A stretch of 63,699 nt of DNA, filler included, from Octopus bimaculoides (GCF_001194135.2; 6 parts of 6 records of this genome joined end to end with filler, not necessarily neighbours in it); one strand, 5' to 3'; numbered from the whole stretch's first letter, positions 26,860-39,439 are shown. The notes: generated by a model not told the origin, from the letters alone. Made by a program: numbers and translations.

Positions 26860-27900
26860 AAAGCGTGAGAGAGTATAATGGAAACATTTCGCTTCTATAG
26901 GTTTTATTTTGAAATTCTACAAAACTGCATACTATTGTCCTTGACATTTTCAATATTTCTTCTAAGTTTTCCATTACACATTGCATTGTCAGCAATGGGG
27001 AGCGCTGCCAAAACCTTCTAATCAATCCATGTTCAGACATCCATTTTCCTCTTACTTTTTGATTATGGCTGTGATAATCAGAAATTGATATTTACAGCTA
27101 CTTGAGACTTTGCGGTATGCATTTGTACTTTATTTATTTTTATGGAAATACGTTTCATTTTCATCACGTATTTATTTTCCCCCACGATAGTATTGCTGTC
27201 AAGTCTTTGTACGCTTTATAAATCATATATTGTTTCTTTACGTTTTAGCATTTACCGTTTCTTTTATATTGGATTTAAATTTTATGCGCTTCTTTAGTGT
27301 TACAGATAGATTTCCCCTCAGGGAGCCACTCGAGCATCGTTTCAGTTTCTTTTAGTATTTTCTTAAATATTTTTCTACGTCCGTATGTGTGTGTGTATGT
27401 GCGTGTACATATGTGCATTCGTTTGTGTGCATGTGTATAAATGCGCATGCATGTGTGTGCATGTCAAATATCTTAACCTCAAGCTAGTGATTTAAAAATT
27501 TCCTAGTACATTGCTTCTGTTTCTATTTTCTAACGTCTTCCTATTTTCTAACGTCTTTTGCTTTTATCAGCATCATCCGTGGCAATTCGATTTCTCGCAT
27601 TTCAAAGTACCCTAACCAATTCAATTAGAATATAGCTGAAAATTTTTACCTTAACTACTACAAAATTCATACCAGTGTACATTACGTTACATTATTTTTT
27701 GGATGATATACGCATTCGCAATATTTTGAGCTTCAGACGTATCATTTCTCTTTTATTTTCACCCAGTTCTTGATAAAATCATTTTGATTTGGAGTCGAAT
27801 ATTTTTGTTCCAAGAATTGCTGTCGCTTTGCACAACGTCAATTTCTGAGCGGTTTATCGACGATCAATCTCTTTCAGCATGTGGTCTTTGATATCAGGTA
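26860..27900 (-). mobile_element. Highly degenerate Penelope-like RT remnants
   Basis: Patchy motifs (ILGTKIFDSKSK*FYQELG; GS.P...VMENLEE) recall PLE RT; many stops. Confidence 0.3.
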
Positions 27901-28339
27901 CGTTTTTTCTTGGTAATGTTATATTTCTGTAATGTTTGTCTCAATGCATGTTAACCCATTGTGTCATTTCGCAATATATTCATTAAGGATTGACTGATCT
28001 TTACTCATCTACATTCTTTCTATATTATTTTGTTATATTTTGATATATTCTTAACGAGAAAATCTGAGAGAGTATCAAGTGTTTTTCAACTAAAATCGCT
28101 GCTGCATAAATAAACAATTTTAACTATATTCGTTGCGCTGATGCACGTGATTGTTTTCACTAAGTTTGCAATGACCTAGTTCTTTCTTTTTCATCATTAC
28201 TGCCATTTCATCATTCCCTTTTATACTCGGTGAGTTATTTTCGTCGATATAAATTTAATTCTTTACTCCCTTTTATTCGTTATTCTACTTGAGGTGCTCT
28301 AGTTTGGCTTTTGTTGGTCAATCTTCGGTCTCTCTTTTA

Positions 28340-28544
28340 CTCTCATTTACTTGTTTCAGTCATTTGACTGCGGCCATGCTAGAGCACGACCTTTAGTCGA
28401 GCAAATCGACCCCAGGACTTATTCTTTGTAAGCCTAGTACTTATTCTATCGGTCTCTTTTTGCTGAACCGCTAAGTTACGGGGACGTAAACACACCAGCA
28501 TCGGTTGTCAAGCGATGGTGGGGACAAACACAGACACACACACA
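28340..28544 (-). mobile_element. SINE family B 3' part, CpG-intact copy
   Basis: TTTACTTGTTTCAGTCATTTGACTGCGGCCATGCT...GCCTAGTACTTATTCTATCGG...GACAAACACAGAC; ends at a gap. Confidence 0.85.
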
Positions 28545-28588
28545 NNNNNNNNNNNNNNNNNNNNNNNNNNNNNNNNNNNNNNNNNNNN

Positions 28589-28600
28589 TTAATTAATTAA
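28589..28600. other. Assembly spacer TTAATTAATTAA
   Basis: 44 N + 12-mer + 44 N. Confidence 0.95.
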
Positions 28601-29440
28601 NNNNNNNNNNNNNNNNNNNNNNNNNNNNNNNNNNNNNNNNNNNNTTTTTGTTGCTTCAGACATAACAGTCAAATCTCCCTTAAATAATGTTACTGTCTTA
28701 ACAACACATGACGAATATCGGATTGTCTAAGAACCTGGAATGGTTTTGTATATAGATCTGTTCATTCACAGCCCTCCTGAGGTTAGGCAATAACAACAAC
28801 ACAAATATTAGAGCTAAACATAACTTTCTTATTAGTGAGAAATGGAAAACCGGTGTTGGGTCGGTTAAATAGCACTGAATGGATTCTAGGGCGGCTTAAA
28901 TGAAGTCCATTTTATTGTCAACATTCACATCAGGGATCCTGTCAGAGGATGACTTGCTGTTTCCCACCCCCTCACAAGTCTCAGCGGCCCTGAAAAAGGG
29001 CCATAGGTGTTGTTGCCCTTCGGTGATTAAAAAATAAATAAATAACACTAATAAATGTTTTATTGACTGGCAATGTTGGGTTCAATTCATCCTATAGGCA
29101 CACCTTGAACGAAACCGAAAATTCTTTGATATTTTGGACCGACAACTTGTGTGTGAGAGAGAGAGAAAGAGACAAAGATGGGAGGAAGGAAGAAGAATCC
29201 ACGACTCGTGGGTTGCCGTGTATTGCCGAAAATACCCCATACCTGAGCGAAAGTAAATATTTAAACATTGCAATAAAAATATTGACAAAAATGTAATCAT
29301 AACGAAATTTTGGTATAAATTCTACTGTATTCACAATAACCAACATTTCTGATTGTTGACAGACAATAGTTCTTAGGAAACGATGGATGTTGTTCAGAAG
29401 AAACCATTTGTGAGCAGGTGTATTTTAGGTGGTCATCAGC

Positions 29441-29480
<40 letters not shown>

Positions 29481-29481
<1 letters not shown>

Positions 29482-30040
29482 TGGTCCCCAACACACAGAA
29501 ATGTGAAGGGAACAGGCTCAACTTATGAGTAGCAAGAGTTCTGAGAGTCTTGCTTGACAATTTGACAATTTTACTACAGATGGTGTCTCGATAGAAATAC
29601 CGGTTGGTGGTGGCTAAAACACAGACTTCAATGTTGAGTAGAAATGTCTAATACAAATGTATCAAATAATGATGTTAAAGAGGCTGGCACGAAAGGTGAA
29701 AGCCTTTCGCCCGGCAGGTGCCCCGTGGTTGAACAGCGCAGGCCCGGTCGTCATCCAGAGACTGCTTGTAGACAAAGCCACAAGCAGAGGAGAAGGTGGG
29801 ATAAGGAGGCAAAGCGAACGGTAATTGAATGCTGGAACAGAAGTGAACCAAGCAGGAGGGGGATTCCGAAATTGGAATACAGTGTCCAGGAGAACTGTTA
29901 CACAAGGTCGGCCAGAATAATCAGGAAAGTATGAGACAGCTGGAAAGAACGGATAGCATGGTGCCGTAGGCTGCAGGTAGTAAACCCGCTACGCATGCAA
30001 GACTCCAGGAGCACCAACAAAACTTGTGATAAAGAGAAAA
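29481..30040 (+). mobile_element. R4/Dong-derived short internally deleted element
   Basis: Follows (TAA)n; ORF 29644-29934 joins an N-terminal RRRWDKEAKRTVIECWNRSEP motif to the terminal SARIIRKV motif; 3'UTR clearly homologous to 20670-20800 (GACTCCAGGAGCACCAACAAAAC.TG.GATAAAGAGAAA). Confidence 0.75.
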
Positions 30041-30378
30041 TTGAGACCCCCTTCGGTCATGACTGACCATGGGATTGCACCTAGAAGGTTACCCTCCCAG
30101 GCACAAGTCCGGGCAAAGTTGTTTATGGAAGACCAGCAGTCACCCATGCATACCGGCCTCCCCTCTCCACACCACCAGTGTTATCCAAGGGGAAGGCAAA
30201 GGGGCCGATACAGCTTGGCACCCGTGACGTCGCAACTCATTTCTACAGCTGAGTGAACTGGAACAACGTGAAATAAAGTGCCTTGCTCAAGAACACAACA
30301 CGCAGTGCGGTCCGGGATTCGAACTCACAACCTCACGATCGTAAGCTCGACGCTCTAACCACTGAGCCATGCGCCTTT
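30041..30378 (-). mobile_element. tRNA-headed CORE-type SINE (family C; compare octopus OR-type SINEs)
   Basis: Minus strand: GGCGCATGGCTCAGTGGTTAG (A box), GAGTTCGAATCC (B box), GTGTTCTTGAGCAAGGCACTTTATTTCACGTTG core. Confidence 0.85.
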
Positions 30379-30424
30379 ACGCATGCGATAAAAAGAAAAT
30401 AATAATGATAATATAGTGATATAA

Positions 30425-30720
30425 TCCCTTAAAATTCGAAATTGCAAGAATTTGGAATACGACAATTGTAATGGTTGTACCCATAATAATTGGTGCATTG
30501 GGAATTGTGAGTAAAGATATAGACAAATGGTTGAAGGAAATTAGAACAGGATGTCCTGTAGAGCTTCTACAAAAAGTTTGATTCTTAGGGAGAGGAAAGA
30601 TTATCAGGAGGGTATCAAGTACTTGAAAGACTACTGAAAGATTGTGGATATCTAAGGTTACAGGAGTAACCTGCTACCCGCATAGATTCTACCAGGAATA
30701 TGAACGAACCTGAGTCAAAT
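30425..30720 (+). mobile_element. R4/Dong 3' fragment (RLE endonuclease C-terminus plus UTR)
   Basis: LKFEIARIWNTTIVMVVPIIIGALGIVSKDIDKWLKEI...VELLQKV*FLGRGKIIRRV. Confidence 0.75.
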
Positions 30721-30964
30721 CAATCATAATATTGGGGACATTTATTTACTGCTTCCATATCTTCGAATAGGAAACAGTAAAAAAAAAACAAAAAAGAAAA
30801 ATCATTCTCTTTTTTTGTTTTGTTTTTAACTTTTACAACTTCGCTACAGTACTGTAAATATTCGATGTGAGCAGTCGTAATAAATTAATAAATATGTAAT
30901 AAGCAATACAGGACCCACTGTCTTACCTATGTAACTGACACCCAAATTAATAAGTTATCAATTT

Positions 30965-31300
30965 TCGGGTCGATAAAATAAAGTACCAGTCAAGCACTGG
31001 CCATTCCCAGCAAAATTTCGTGCCTTGTGCCTATAGTAATTTCTACTATAGGCGCAAGGAACGAAAATTTGCTGGGAGGGGCCAGTTGCTGAATACAGCG
31101 AGCTCTGCAGAATCGTTGGTGCATCAAACAAAATATTTAGCGGCATTCTTTCGGCTCTTTACGTCCCGAGTTCAAATTCTGCCGAGGTCGACTTTACCTT
31201 TCATCCTTTCGGGATCGATAAAATAAATACCAAACGAGCGCTGGGGGTCGATGTAATCGACTCTTCCCCCTTTCAGGCATTGTGTCAAGAGTAGAAAGGG
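30965..31300. mobile_element. SINE family A cluster with a tail-to-tail hairpin
   Basis: Tail pair 31005-31038 / 31044-31077 inverted with a 5-nt loop, followed by a full plus-strand copy at ~31097-31300. Confidence 0.8.
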
Positions 31301-31899
31301 TTATTCGTATTATTATTATTATTATTATCATCGTTTTGTTTACACGAGTCTGCGTCACATTTCAATAGTTTGTTAAATTTCGTTATTGTTCTGGCCAACT
31401 TCATTTTTGTTTTCAGACTCAACAAAATGTTTATTATAGAATGTTCATGAAAAAAAAAAAAAGAGGGGAACCAGAAGATAATCAAATACTCTCCCCCATC
31501 TCTCTCTCACACGTAGAGATAGATAGATAGAGAGATAGAGAGATAGATAAACGTATGTTTGAAGTACTCACATGTAAGTATGTATGTGTGAATTATATTT
31601 GTGTGTTGATGAAATCATTGGTGTTAATGGTTGGGTTCAGAATATTTTCAAAGAATTTTATGCCCTTGTTTCCAATTTCCAATTCGGGTATATGGTTACT
31701 AGAATCTCCCTCCATACTTTTCACAGTGAAACAATAGAATCCAAAGAGATCGGCGTGCGTCAGCAAACAATAATAACTAGAAACCGTTCAGGAAGTAGTT
31801 TAAATTAGTTGGCTTCATAGAAACAGAAGAACATCTGGCATGAGGTCACCCTTTTGATACCAATCCGCCTGAGACTTCTATGATACAAATTCCTTGTTA

Positions 31900-32225
31900 A
31901 CCTTCCGTCAAAATTCTGCTAATTTGTTCTAGATATCAATTTTTCATCGCTTTTCTAGTACTCAGTTGCAAGCCCAGCGAGTTGTTCACGTTGATCTTGG
32001 CCCTTGCCACCGCTTCATACCCGTTTAGAATAGTATCAACTGTCGCCACTTCGGTAGCGTCCAGCACCATGACGGTGACCCCGTCCGCACACGCCGACTC
32101 GTCGTCCTTCACGAGTTCCAGTACGATAGAAACCCCTCTTCAACTATTCCATCTTCTGCAGCAGTGGCTCGAGAGCCAATACGTACAAAAGAAGCGAGAC
32201 TGGCCAGCCCTGACGGACCGTGCGT
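31900..32225 (-). mobile_element. Tx1/L1-clade reverse transcriptase fragment, frameshifted
   Basis: Minus strand: VRQGWPVSLLLYVLALEPLL (QGCPLSP motif), then after a frameshift SACADGVTVMV (YADD relic) and YEAVARAKINVNNSLGLQL (GAKIN..KS motif). Confidence 0.8.
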
Positions 32226-32231
32226 GAGTAA

Positions 32232-32995
32232 AATAATCGTTCATTCTTCTATAGGCACAAAGCTTTTGCCCAAAGTGCTCGCGGTTCTGCCAGTTCACCG
32301 CCTTAATAACAATCCTTTCTGCTGTAGGCGCAAGGCCTGAAATTTTGTGGGAAGATGTTAATCGATTACATCGACCTCAATCTTCAACTGGTACTTATTT
32401 TATCGACTCTGAAAGGATGAAAGGCAAAGTCCACCTCGACGGCATTTGAATTCACAACATGAAATGCCGCGGATCTTGTTCAAAACGGGGGCACCAGTAT
32501 TTTCTTAACGAAACACTTTGAAACTTGGGACACTGGTAGAATGTGTCATATAAAACATCTTTTTCTCTTAGTCTTCTTAACAAAAAAAAACGTACATCGC
32601 AAGCTATTTCATGTTAAAGTTGTCGTATTTCTGTAATTTCAACCAATCACTGACGTCTATTCAGCTGAATAGAGTTACTGCTGACCGGTCATAAAAATGT
32701 TATTGCCTGTGACATATTTCTGAATAGACGTCAGTGAATAGTAGAATTTATCGAAATAAGACAATTTTTTACATGAAATAAATTCGAATACAAAAAATTT
32801 TTTCTGTTCTATAACACAAAATAGATAAGTATACGAAGTTTGAAAGTCTTTCGGTACCAAAAACACTACATAAAACNNNNNNNNNNNNNNNNNNNNNNNN
32901 NNNNNNNNNNNGAAAACTGGTGCCCCCGTTTTGAACAAGATCCAATGCCGCTAAGCATTTTGCCCGGGGCACTAGCGTGTCTGTCAGTTCGTCGC
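32232..32995 (-). mobile_element. SINE family A copies, one interrupted by a MITE
   Basis: SINE sequence stops at AATGCCGC (32463-32470) and resumes at AATGCCGCTAAGCATTTTGCCCGG (32944 onward). Confidence 0.8.
32471..32943. mobile_element. MITE with perfect 28-bp TIRs and 8-bp TSD (Merlin/MULE-like termini)
   Basis: GGATCTTGTTCAAAACGGGGGCACCAGT (32471-32498) and its reverse complement (32916-32943); TSD AATGCCGC on both sides. Confidence 0.9.
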
Positions 32996-33074
32996 CTTCA
33001 TGACGATGACAATAATAAATAGCCACATAATATATTTATGATTTAATAATGAACAAATATCAAGACCAAACGTG

Positions 33075-33330
33075 GGGGGCGCGTGGCTTAGTGGTTAGGG
33101 TGTCAGCATCATGATCGTAAGATTGTGGTTTCGATTCCTGGACCGGGCGACGCGTTGTGTTCTTGAGCAAAACACTTCATTTCACGTTGCTCCAGTCCAC
33201 TGAGCTGGCAAAAATGAGTAACGCTGCGATGGACTGGCGTCCCATCCAGCTGGGGAACACATACGCCATTGAAACCGGGAAACCGGGCCCACGAGCCTGA
33301 CTAGGCTTTAAAAGGGCGCATTTATTTATT
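33075..33330 (+). mobile_element. tRNA-headed CORE-type SINE (family C)
   Basis: GGCGCGTGGCTTAGTGGTTAG A box, GGTTTCGATTCC B box, GTGTTCTTGAGCAAAACACTTCATTTCACGTTGCTCCAGTCCAC core, (TTTA)n tail. Confidence 0.85.
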
Positions 33331-35560
33331 ATTATATCAGGACCAAACACAATTTTCTGAAACAGACTGCTCCATTTACAATGACGCAGTAATTAAGACG
33401 TATACAGATCGAGAAACTCAAAGTAGCTGAACGAAAAAAAAAATTTTTTTTCTCATAAAATAGGCATGTAATCGTGTATTAACACACACACAAAAGGAAC
33501 ACTGAATACGTAATCGCTATGTATACTTTATAACATGCACACGTGTTTTACATGACCCGTAAAACATCGATTACGTGAGCTTAAATGCCCTGTTACGCGA
33601 CAAATGCAGCCGGCTCTCTTTGTCGCGTGACTGGAAATTTAAGCTGTTTTGCTGGTCTCCTGAAACACGTGTACATAATATAAGCATAGACACTGATTGT
33701 GTTTTCTGCGTTCCTTTATTATATGCAGAGTGCATTCTTTGCACATTTACCTATCTTGAGTTATGGAAATTGTCATAACCACGTCAGAGATAGGAATGTA
33801 GTATGAAAGTAATCTGCTGTACCCATAACGTTTGGCAACGAGTCACGCCCCCCTCTTTCTCTCTCTCTGTGGCCTGTGTTTTCTGTACTCTGTTTATGTT
33901 CTGCTTTTCATTTTGTCCACATTTATTTTGTGACGTCCTGTGCCCAGATATGCATCTATATATACATGTAGATGTAGGTATGTACATACATGTACGTATA
34001 TATGCATATACTCACATATTATTTGTATTATTATATATAAATATATATAGATATACATACATACATACATACATATACACGTAAAGACAGAGTTGTCACA
34101 GATAGAAGACGGGTACTCACAGATTTGCTCAATGATGACTCACTGGAGTCAAATAACTATTAAAAAAAGCATAGGTGAAAAAGGGCGATCTTTCGAAGTA
34201 GACACACAAAATAGCCGACCGTACAACAAAAGAAACAGATACTCGGGTATAAAATGGAAGTGAAAGGTATGGAACGTGAGACAGTCTCTTCTAATCTTAC
34301 AAAGGTTTGCTTGGTATTATTTTCTCAAACACATTTTCATTCATCAAGTAATTTAGAGATTATGGAACAATTGGTAATCCGCTATAATCCTTTTATTTCA
34401 GTTCAAGGATTAAAAACTAAAAATTACAAATAAGCATTATTCATAACTTACTATTTCTATTTAATCATTTTATTTTATCTTCTGGATAACAACAACAACC
34501 ATTCAGTATAAAATATTTGAATTTTCCTGATAAATCAACACCTTTCACTTTTATTTCATTACCGATTATAAAAGATTACTGCTTTCATGTCATTTGTAGC
34601 CGGCCATTTTGGGTGCTTAATCGCTTTGTTAAAATATCAAAAGTAAGAAGGGAAAAAAAATTAGAAAAAAAAACTGTTTTTAAAAAGACTGAGTTTCAGA
34701 AATCATACGCATTATGGAGTTAACATGCAGTTTAGTGTCGTAAAAAGTGAAAGTAAATAGTGCCGGAAGTGATGTCACCTAATTTCATAAAGACATTAAC
34801 CTAGTTATAGGAGCTTCTCTGAAATAACAGCCGAAGTGTCCACCGCTACAACATAGTATACGCAACAACTAACACCATTGGAAAGGCAATTGTGAAGCTT
34901 TCATCTCGACACACGATAGCCAACACCGTTGTATGTGATGCAGGCAACAATCCTGCTTGACAAATGAGTTGTACTAAAAAAAAATTAATGGGGAAAATGG
35001 TGGCGTAGTTAATATGAATTCGGTTGTAATATATAAGCCGATTCTTTTTAGAGAAAATCCATTTAACACTACACACACTAATTCAATTGTGAATTAATTG
35101 ACATAAATTAGAACTAGTTTACTTTCTCGGGATTTATTCACCATTGAACAAAACATATTGTGCTTGTTATGAACCGGAAGAGGGCCTCAAAGCAAGACCG
35201 ATTCATAATAGTTCAACAACCAAGGGATGTTACTGAATTCTGTAGTGATGGGTCATAGTTCAAAGGCCTGCCAATACATGGGGACGACACAAAGGACCCT
35301 AAATTAGAAATAGTTATCTGTCCTTACTTTTGTTTTTGTTCTTTTTATATAAAGGATTTTCTTCAGTCTGTCATGGTCTACCAGCTTTCCACGGATAATT
35401 AAATTAAATAAATACAGTAACAAAAAAATTAGTTGTATACATTGACAATACAGTTTATAGAACGGTATTCCACATAAGTGAAGAAAAACAATTTGGTGGG
35501 TCTAAGGAAAGTCAGATACAAAAAAACGATAAGAACATTTTTTTATTTAATACCTTAAAT

Positions 35561-36069
35561 TAGGGATAGGGAAACCCCCGCGAGCCCATTTTATTATGCC
35601 TGCAGGCTGATATACTCATATATACAAAATATAGTTAATTTTTCAATCATAGAAATTATACAATATTCGTATGCCTATTTGCGACATAGGTCATGTTTCC
35701 ACTACAACTTAAAATGGTTCAACTTGAACAGAAAATCGTCTGGTAATGGCCATTTGAATGGAAATTTTGTTTTCACTATGAAACATATATTGCTAGGTGT
35801 ATACCACCCCCTTGAGACCCAACTATACTCTATCTGAAAAATATAGTAACCTCATAAGTAATATAAATGTCCTAAATTCAGTGGCGGAGTTAATGAAGAT
35901 GTTACGCGTTAATTTAATGTGTTAAACTTATCTTTATTAATGTATATCGAATTATACATAGCTATACACAAGATTTACACAGATATAAGAGTTAGAACTT
36001 GTGGCCCACCCGCGGAACATTTTCTTTGGAAGTTTTTGCTCGCGGCACTAAAACGTTTCTCCACCCCTG
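35561..36069. mobile_element. Possible degenerate hAT-type non-autonomous element
   Basis: Left TAGGGATAGGGAAAC versus right end (reverse complement) CAGGGGTGGAGAAAC, with GCCCGCG-like subterminal motifs. Confidence 0.4.
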
Positions 36070-36339
36070 CCTTCACCACCTCCATTAAATCTTGGATTCC
36101 ATAAAATAGGTTCTGAGTTCATTTTTATCTACTGTAGCCTATCCTCCATATCTAACCGTGGGACAATGTTAGAAAACTCTGTTCCCAGTCCACCGATGGC
36201 GGCTTTGCTTTCCATTATTACAAGTTATAAAAAATTTGGCAGTCGAATTTATCACCTGTTGCTGCTTCTTAAATGTGTTGGGGGCCAAAATAGATTGGGG
36301 ACCAATATTAGAAATAATCTGTTATCAATATATTTGATA

Positions 36340-36535
36340 AATAGCAGAATCGGTGCAGGGTCATACAAAATAGGTACACCTCTTTACGTTCTGAATTCAA
36401 ACTTCGTCAAAGTCAACTTTGCTTCTCATCGTTTCGGGGTCGATAAAACAAGTACCAGTTGTAAACTGGGATCTATCTAATCAACTTACCCACCTCCCTT
36501 GAACTTACTGGCCTTATGCCAAAATTTGAAACCAA
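36340..36535 (+). mobile_element. SINE family A
   Basis: TCTTTACGTTCTGAATTCAAAC...GGGGTCGATAAAACAAGTACCAGTTG...GCCTTATGCCAAAATTTGAAACC. Confidence 0.75.
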
Positions 36536-37758
36536 TACAATTAACAGCCCTCTCCTAACGAAAGTTAGACTAGAACTGTTAGTCTGAGCGATGGGTTGGT
36601 CCAGCAGCTTGGATGCAAAGACAGTTACCAAGATTAATTAAAACTTTGTCAGAGGAATTGGTTTTTGTAGTAACTCTCTCTTTCTGTTGCTAACTGCTTT
36701 CTCTTTAAATTAAGAATAGAAAATGGCCGAGTGAGCGGCGTTGCATTGGCAGAATTATTACAGCATCGGACACACAGCTTGGTTGTGGATTCAAATCCAG
36801 AACCAAACAGAACCACCAGAATCCAAATCCTGATGAGGTAAACTTTCTCAAGTACTGGGGTAGATTTCACTGTTTAATATTTGTGTCTCTCCCAGGTTTC
36901 TCCAAGCAAAAGACTATGACTGATAAACGTGGATAAATCACAGACAGAGTGTTGCAGAAAATCTCCGATATTTTTATAGCTTTAGTGTGTCACTAGTGAA
37001 GTTAGACATGTGGTAGAGATGTCTTCTCGAAGCTAATGTTTAATCGTTTTGTTTCAGTTGCTATTGTGGTTTGGGCCATTGCACAATATATGTTTCTTGA
37101 AATGGCTATCAAGATGGTTAATCTGAGAGGTATTTTTGCTGCATCTTGGACGACTTGTGATTCTCAAATATTTATTAAAATCCCTCGAAGATATAACGAT
37201 GGAACAACATTACACAAATCCTATAATTAACAAAATGCGTGGCACATCTGTCATCGTCCCAAACACAAGTCGACGAGAAGAAGCCGAAGAATGAAGTACT
37301 GGACTTACTAATTTAGAGGTCCTAGGTTCAGCTTCTCTACACCTCCTCTCTTGTGTATTTGGGTTGTACACACAATTCTATTTGCCCTATTTCTGAGAGA
37401 TATGGAAAATGTGACCAGAGATAAACTCACACCTTACTACCCAGATGAAGATTCATCTCTCGGTTACACCATGAAACTAACTGAGCAGAGGCCCTTCAAA
37501 ACCCATCAAGGACCCGAGAGATATTCGTTCGTATTTTGTGTCGTGAGCATATAGTCCTAAAATTCAGGGTGTGAAATACGGGGTGTCTTTTCTGCGATTC
37601 AAAAGCACTAAATAATCTGTTGAGGTGTAGCAGGTTGTTATATCCAGCATGTCAAAGAATAACTTCCACTTCCGCACAACCACGTGTTGCTGTCGTATGT
37701 TGATGTAGGGCTGTAAATATGGCTCCATGTATTAATGTAGCTATCCACATGTATCACT

Positions 37759-37805
<47 letters not shown>

Positions 37806-37985
37806 AATATTTATATATATGTTTGCGTATTTTTGGTGCTACTATGAAGTACTTAATTCGTTGAGTTGATGCTGGCTGTTTTTCTTTTCTTTTCTGTTTC
37901 TGTTTACTTTTCTTCCTGTTATAAGTGCAGCTGTTTTTAATATCCTGCATATTGGTGCAGTTGGTATGATTGTGTTATGAGACCA

Positions 37986-38027
<42 letters not shown>

Positions 38028-38951
38028 TGAAACCANNNNNNNNNNACACACACACACACACACAAATGAAACCAGCTGATATATCTGCAGTTAAAATAAC
38101 ATCTAACACATATGTCTATAATCTTGTATGGCGTCTGTGTTTTGATGCTGTCGAAATACCTTGGCTGGCAATCTCTAGCACTTCTCTGCAGACATTTACA
38201 CACTTAACTGTCATATTAAATTCTTTCAACAAAGAATAAAAAAAAGCTTAATACTCTCTTCAGCCCTTCAAATCCCTTTGGAATTATATCAGTCAAACTA
38301 AATTTTTAGAATATAAAAAAATACAGATTATAAACAAATGTGGACATCGTTATGAAACAAGAACGAAAAAGTGGTTTTAATTTCTAGTTTTTATTTTGTT
38401 TCTTGTTTTTTACGGCCATATTTATTATATTGAGGATGTATAAACTGGGTTGGGTATTATGTGAGGGTATGGTTTTGCTATTCTGGTATTCCTTGGAGTT
38501 GGTTAATCTCATGACATTCCCAGACTCCATTCAGTTATCTCGCTAACTCCAAACTCCTTCAGTAATCACTATGTTCAGGATAATCTCCTCTCCTGAACAT
38601 CGACCTCTCAAGAACAATCTCCACTATGCTTTATGTCTTACCTCTAATTGTCGATCAACGATAGTTTAGCGACATCAGATTAAAATCGCCAGTCTCGGTG
38701 GAGGTTGCTAAGGCATTGCCCCTTCCTCTCGGACACAGCAAGCAAAAGAACAAACAAACGAACAAAAATCTTTCCTGTAAAATTTTTTCACTTAAATTTC
38801 GTCACTAATGCCCTTCTGGCAAGAATGATCGCCACAACTCAGTATACTTTCTTTGCCTTTTAACTGTTGCGGTTCTTTTGCGTTTGGTCAAAAAAGAGAC
38901 GAAGACAACACACAACCGCAACACACACACACACGTATGTATGTATGAGAG

Positions 38952-39175
38952 CATGTGGCCTAGTGGTTAGAGTATTGCTCTCACGAGCACTAGACCATAG
39001 GTTCGATTCCCGGACTAGGCAGCACATTGTGTTCTTGAGCAAAACACTTCATTTCACTCATCTGCAAATGGGTAACCCTTGTGGCGGAATAGCCTTCCGA
39101 TCAGGGGGAATATTGGCCTTCTCGCCTAACTACGATGCTAAAAGAAACAAAGCGAAGTGCACTGTGACCAGCGTT
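38952..39175 (+). mobile_element. tRNA-headed CORE-type SINE (family C)
   Basis: TGGCCTAGTGGTTAG A box, GGTTCGATTCCCGG B box, GTGTTCTTGAGCAAAACACTTCATTTCAC core. Confidence 0.8.
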
Positions 39176-39214
39176 GATATATATATATATATATTTATTT
39201 CATATTTGATAAAT

Positions 39215-39251
<37 letters not shown>

Positions 39252-39296
39252 ANNNNNNNNNNNNNNNNNNNNNNNNNNNNNNNNNNNNNNNNNNNN

Positions 39297-39308
39297 TTAA
39301 TTAATTAA
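39297..39308. other. Assembly spacer TTAATTAATTAA
   Basis: 44 N + 12-mer + 44 N. Confidence 0.95.
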
Positions 39309-39352
39309 NNNNNNNNNNNNNNNNNNNNNNNNNNNNNNNNNNNNNNNNNNNN

Positions 39353-39439
<87 letters not shown>

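Noticed and set aside
31959-32227. Plus-strand 81-aa ORF flanked by AG and GTGAGT, resembling an exon
   Set aside because: It is the antisense of a Tx1-type RT fragment, which explains the GC content and lack of stops; no recognisable protein. Exonisation cannot be fully excluded without RNA data.
30290-33150. tRNA genes at the SINE heads (30290-30378, 33075-33150; also 38952)
   Set aside because: A and B boxes are present but acceptor stems do not pair and each runs straight into a SINE core.
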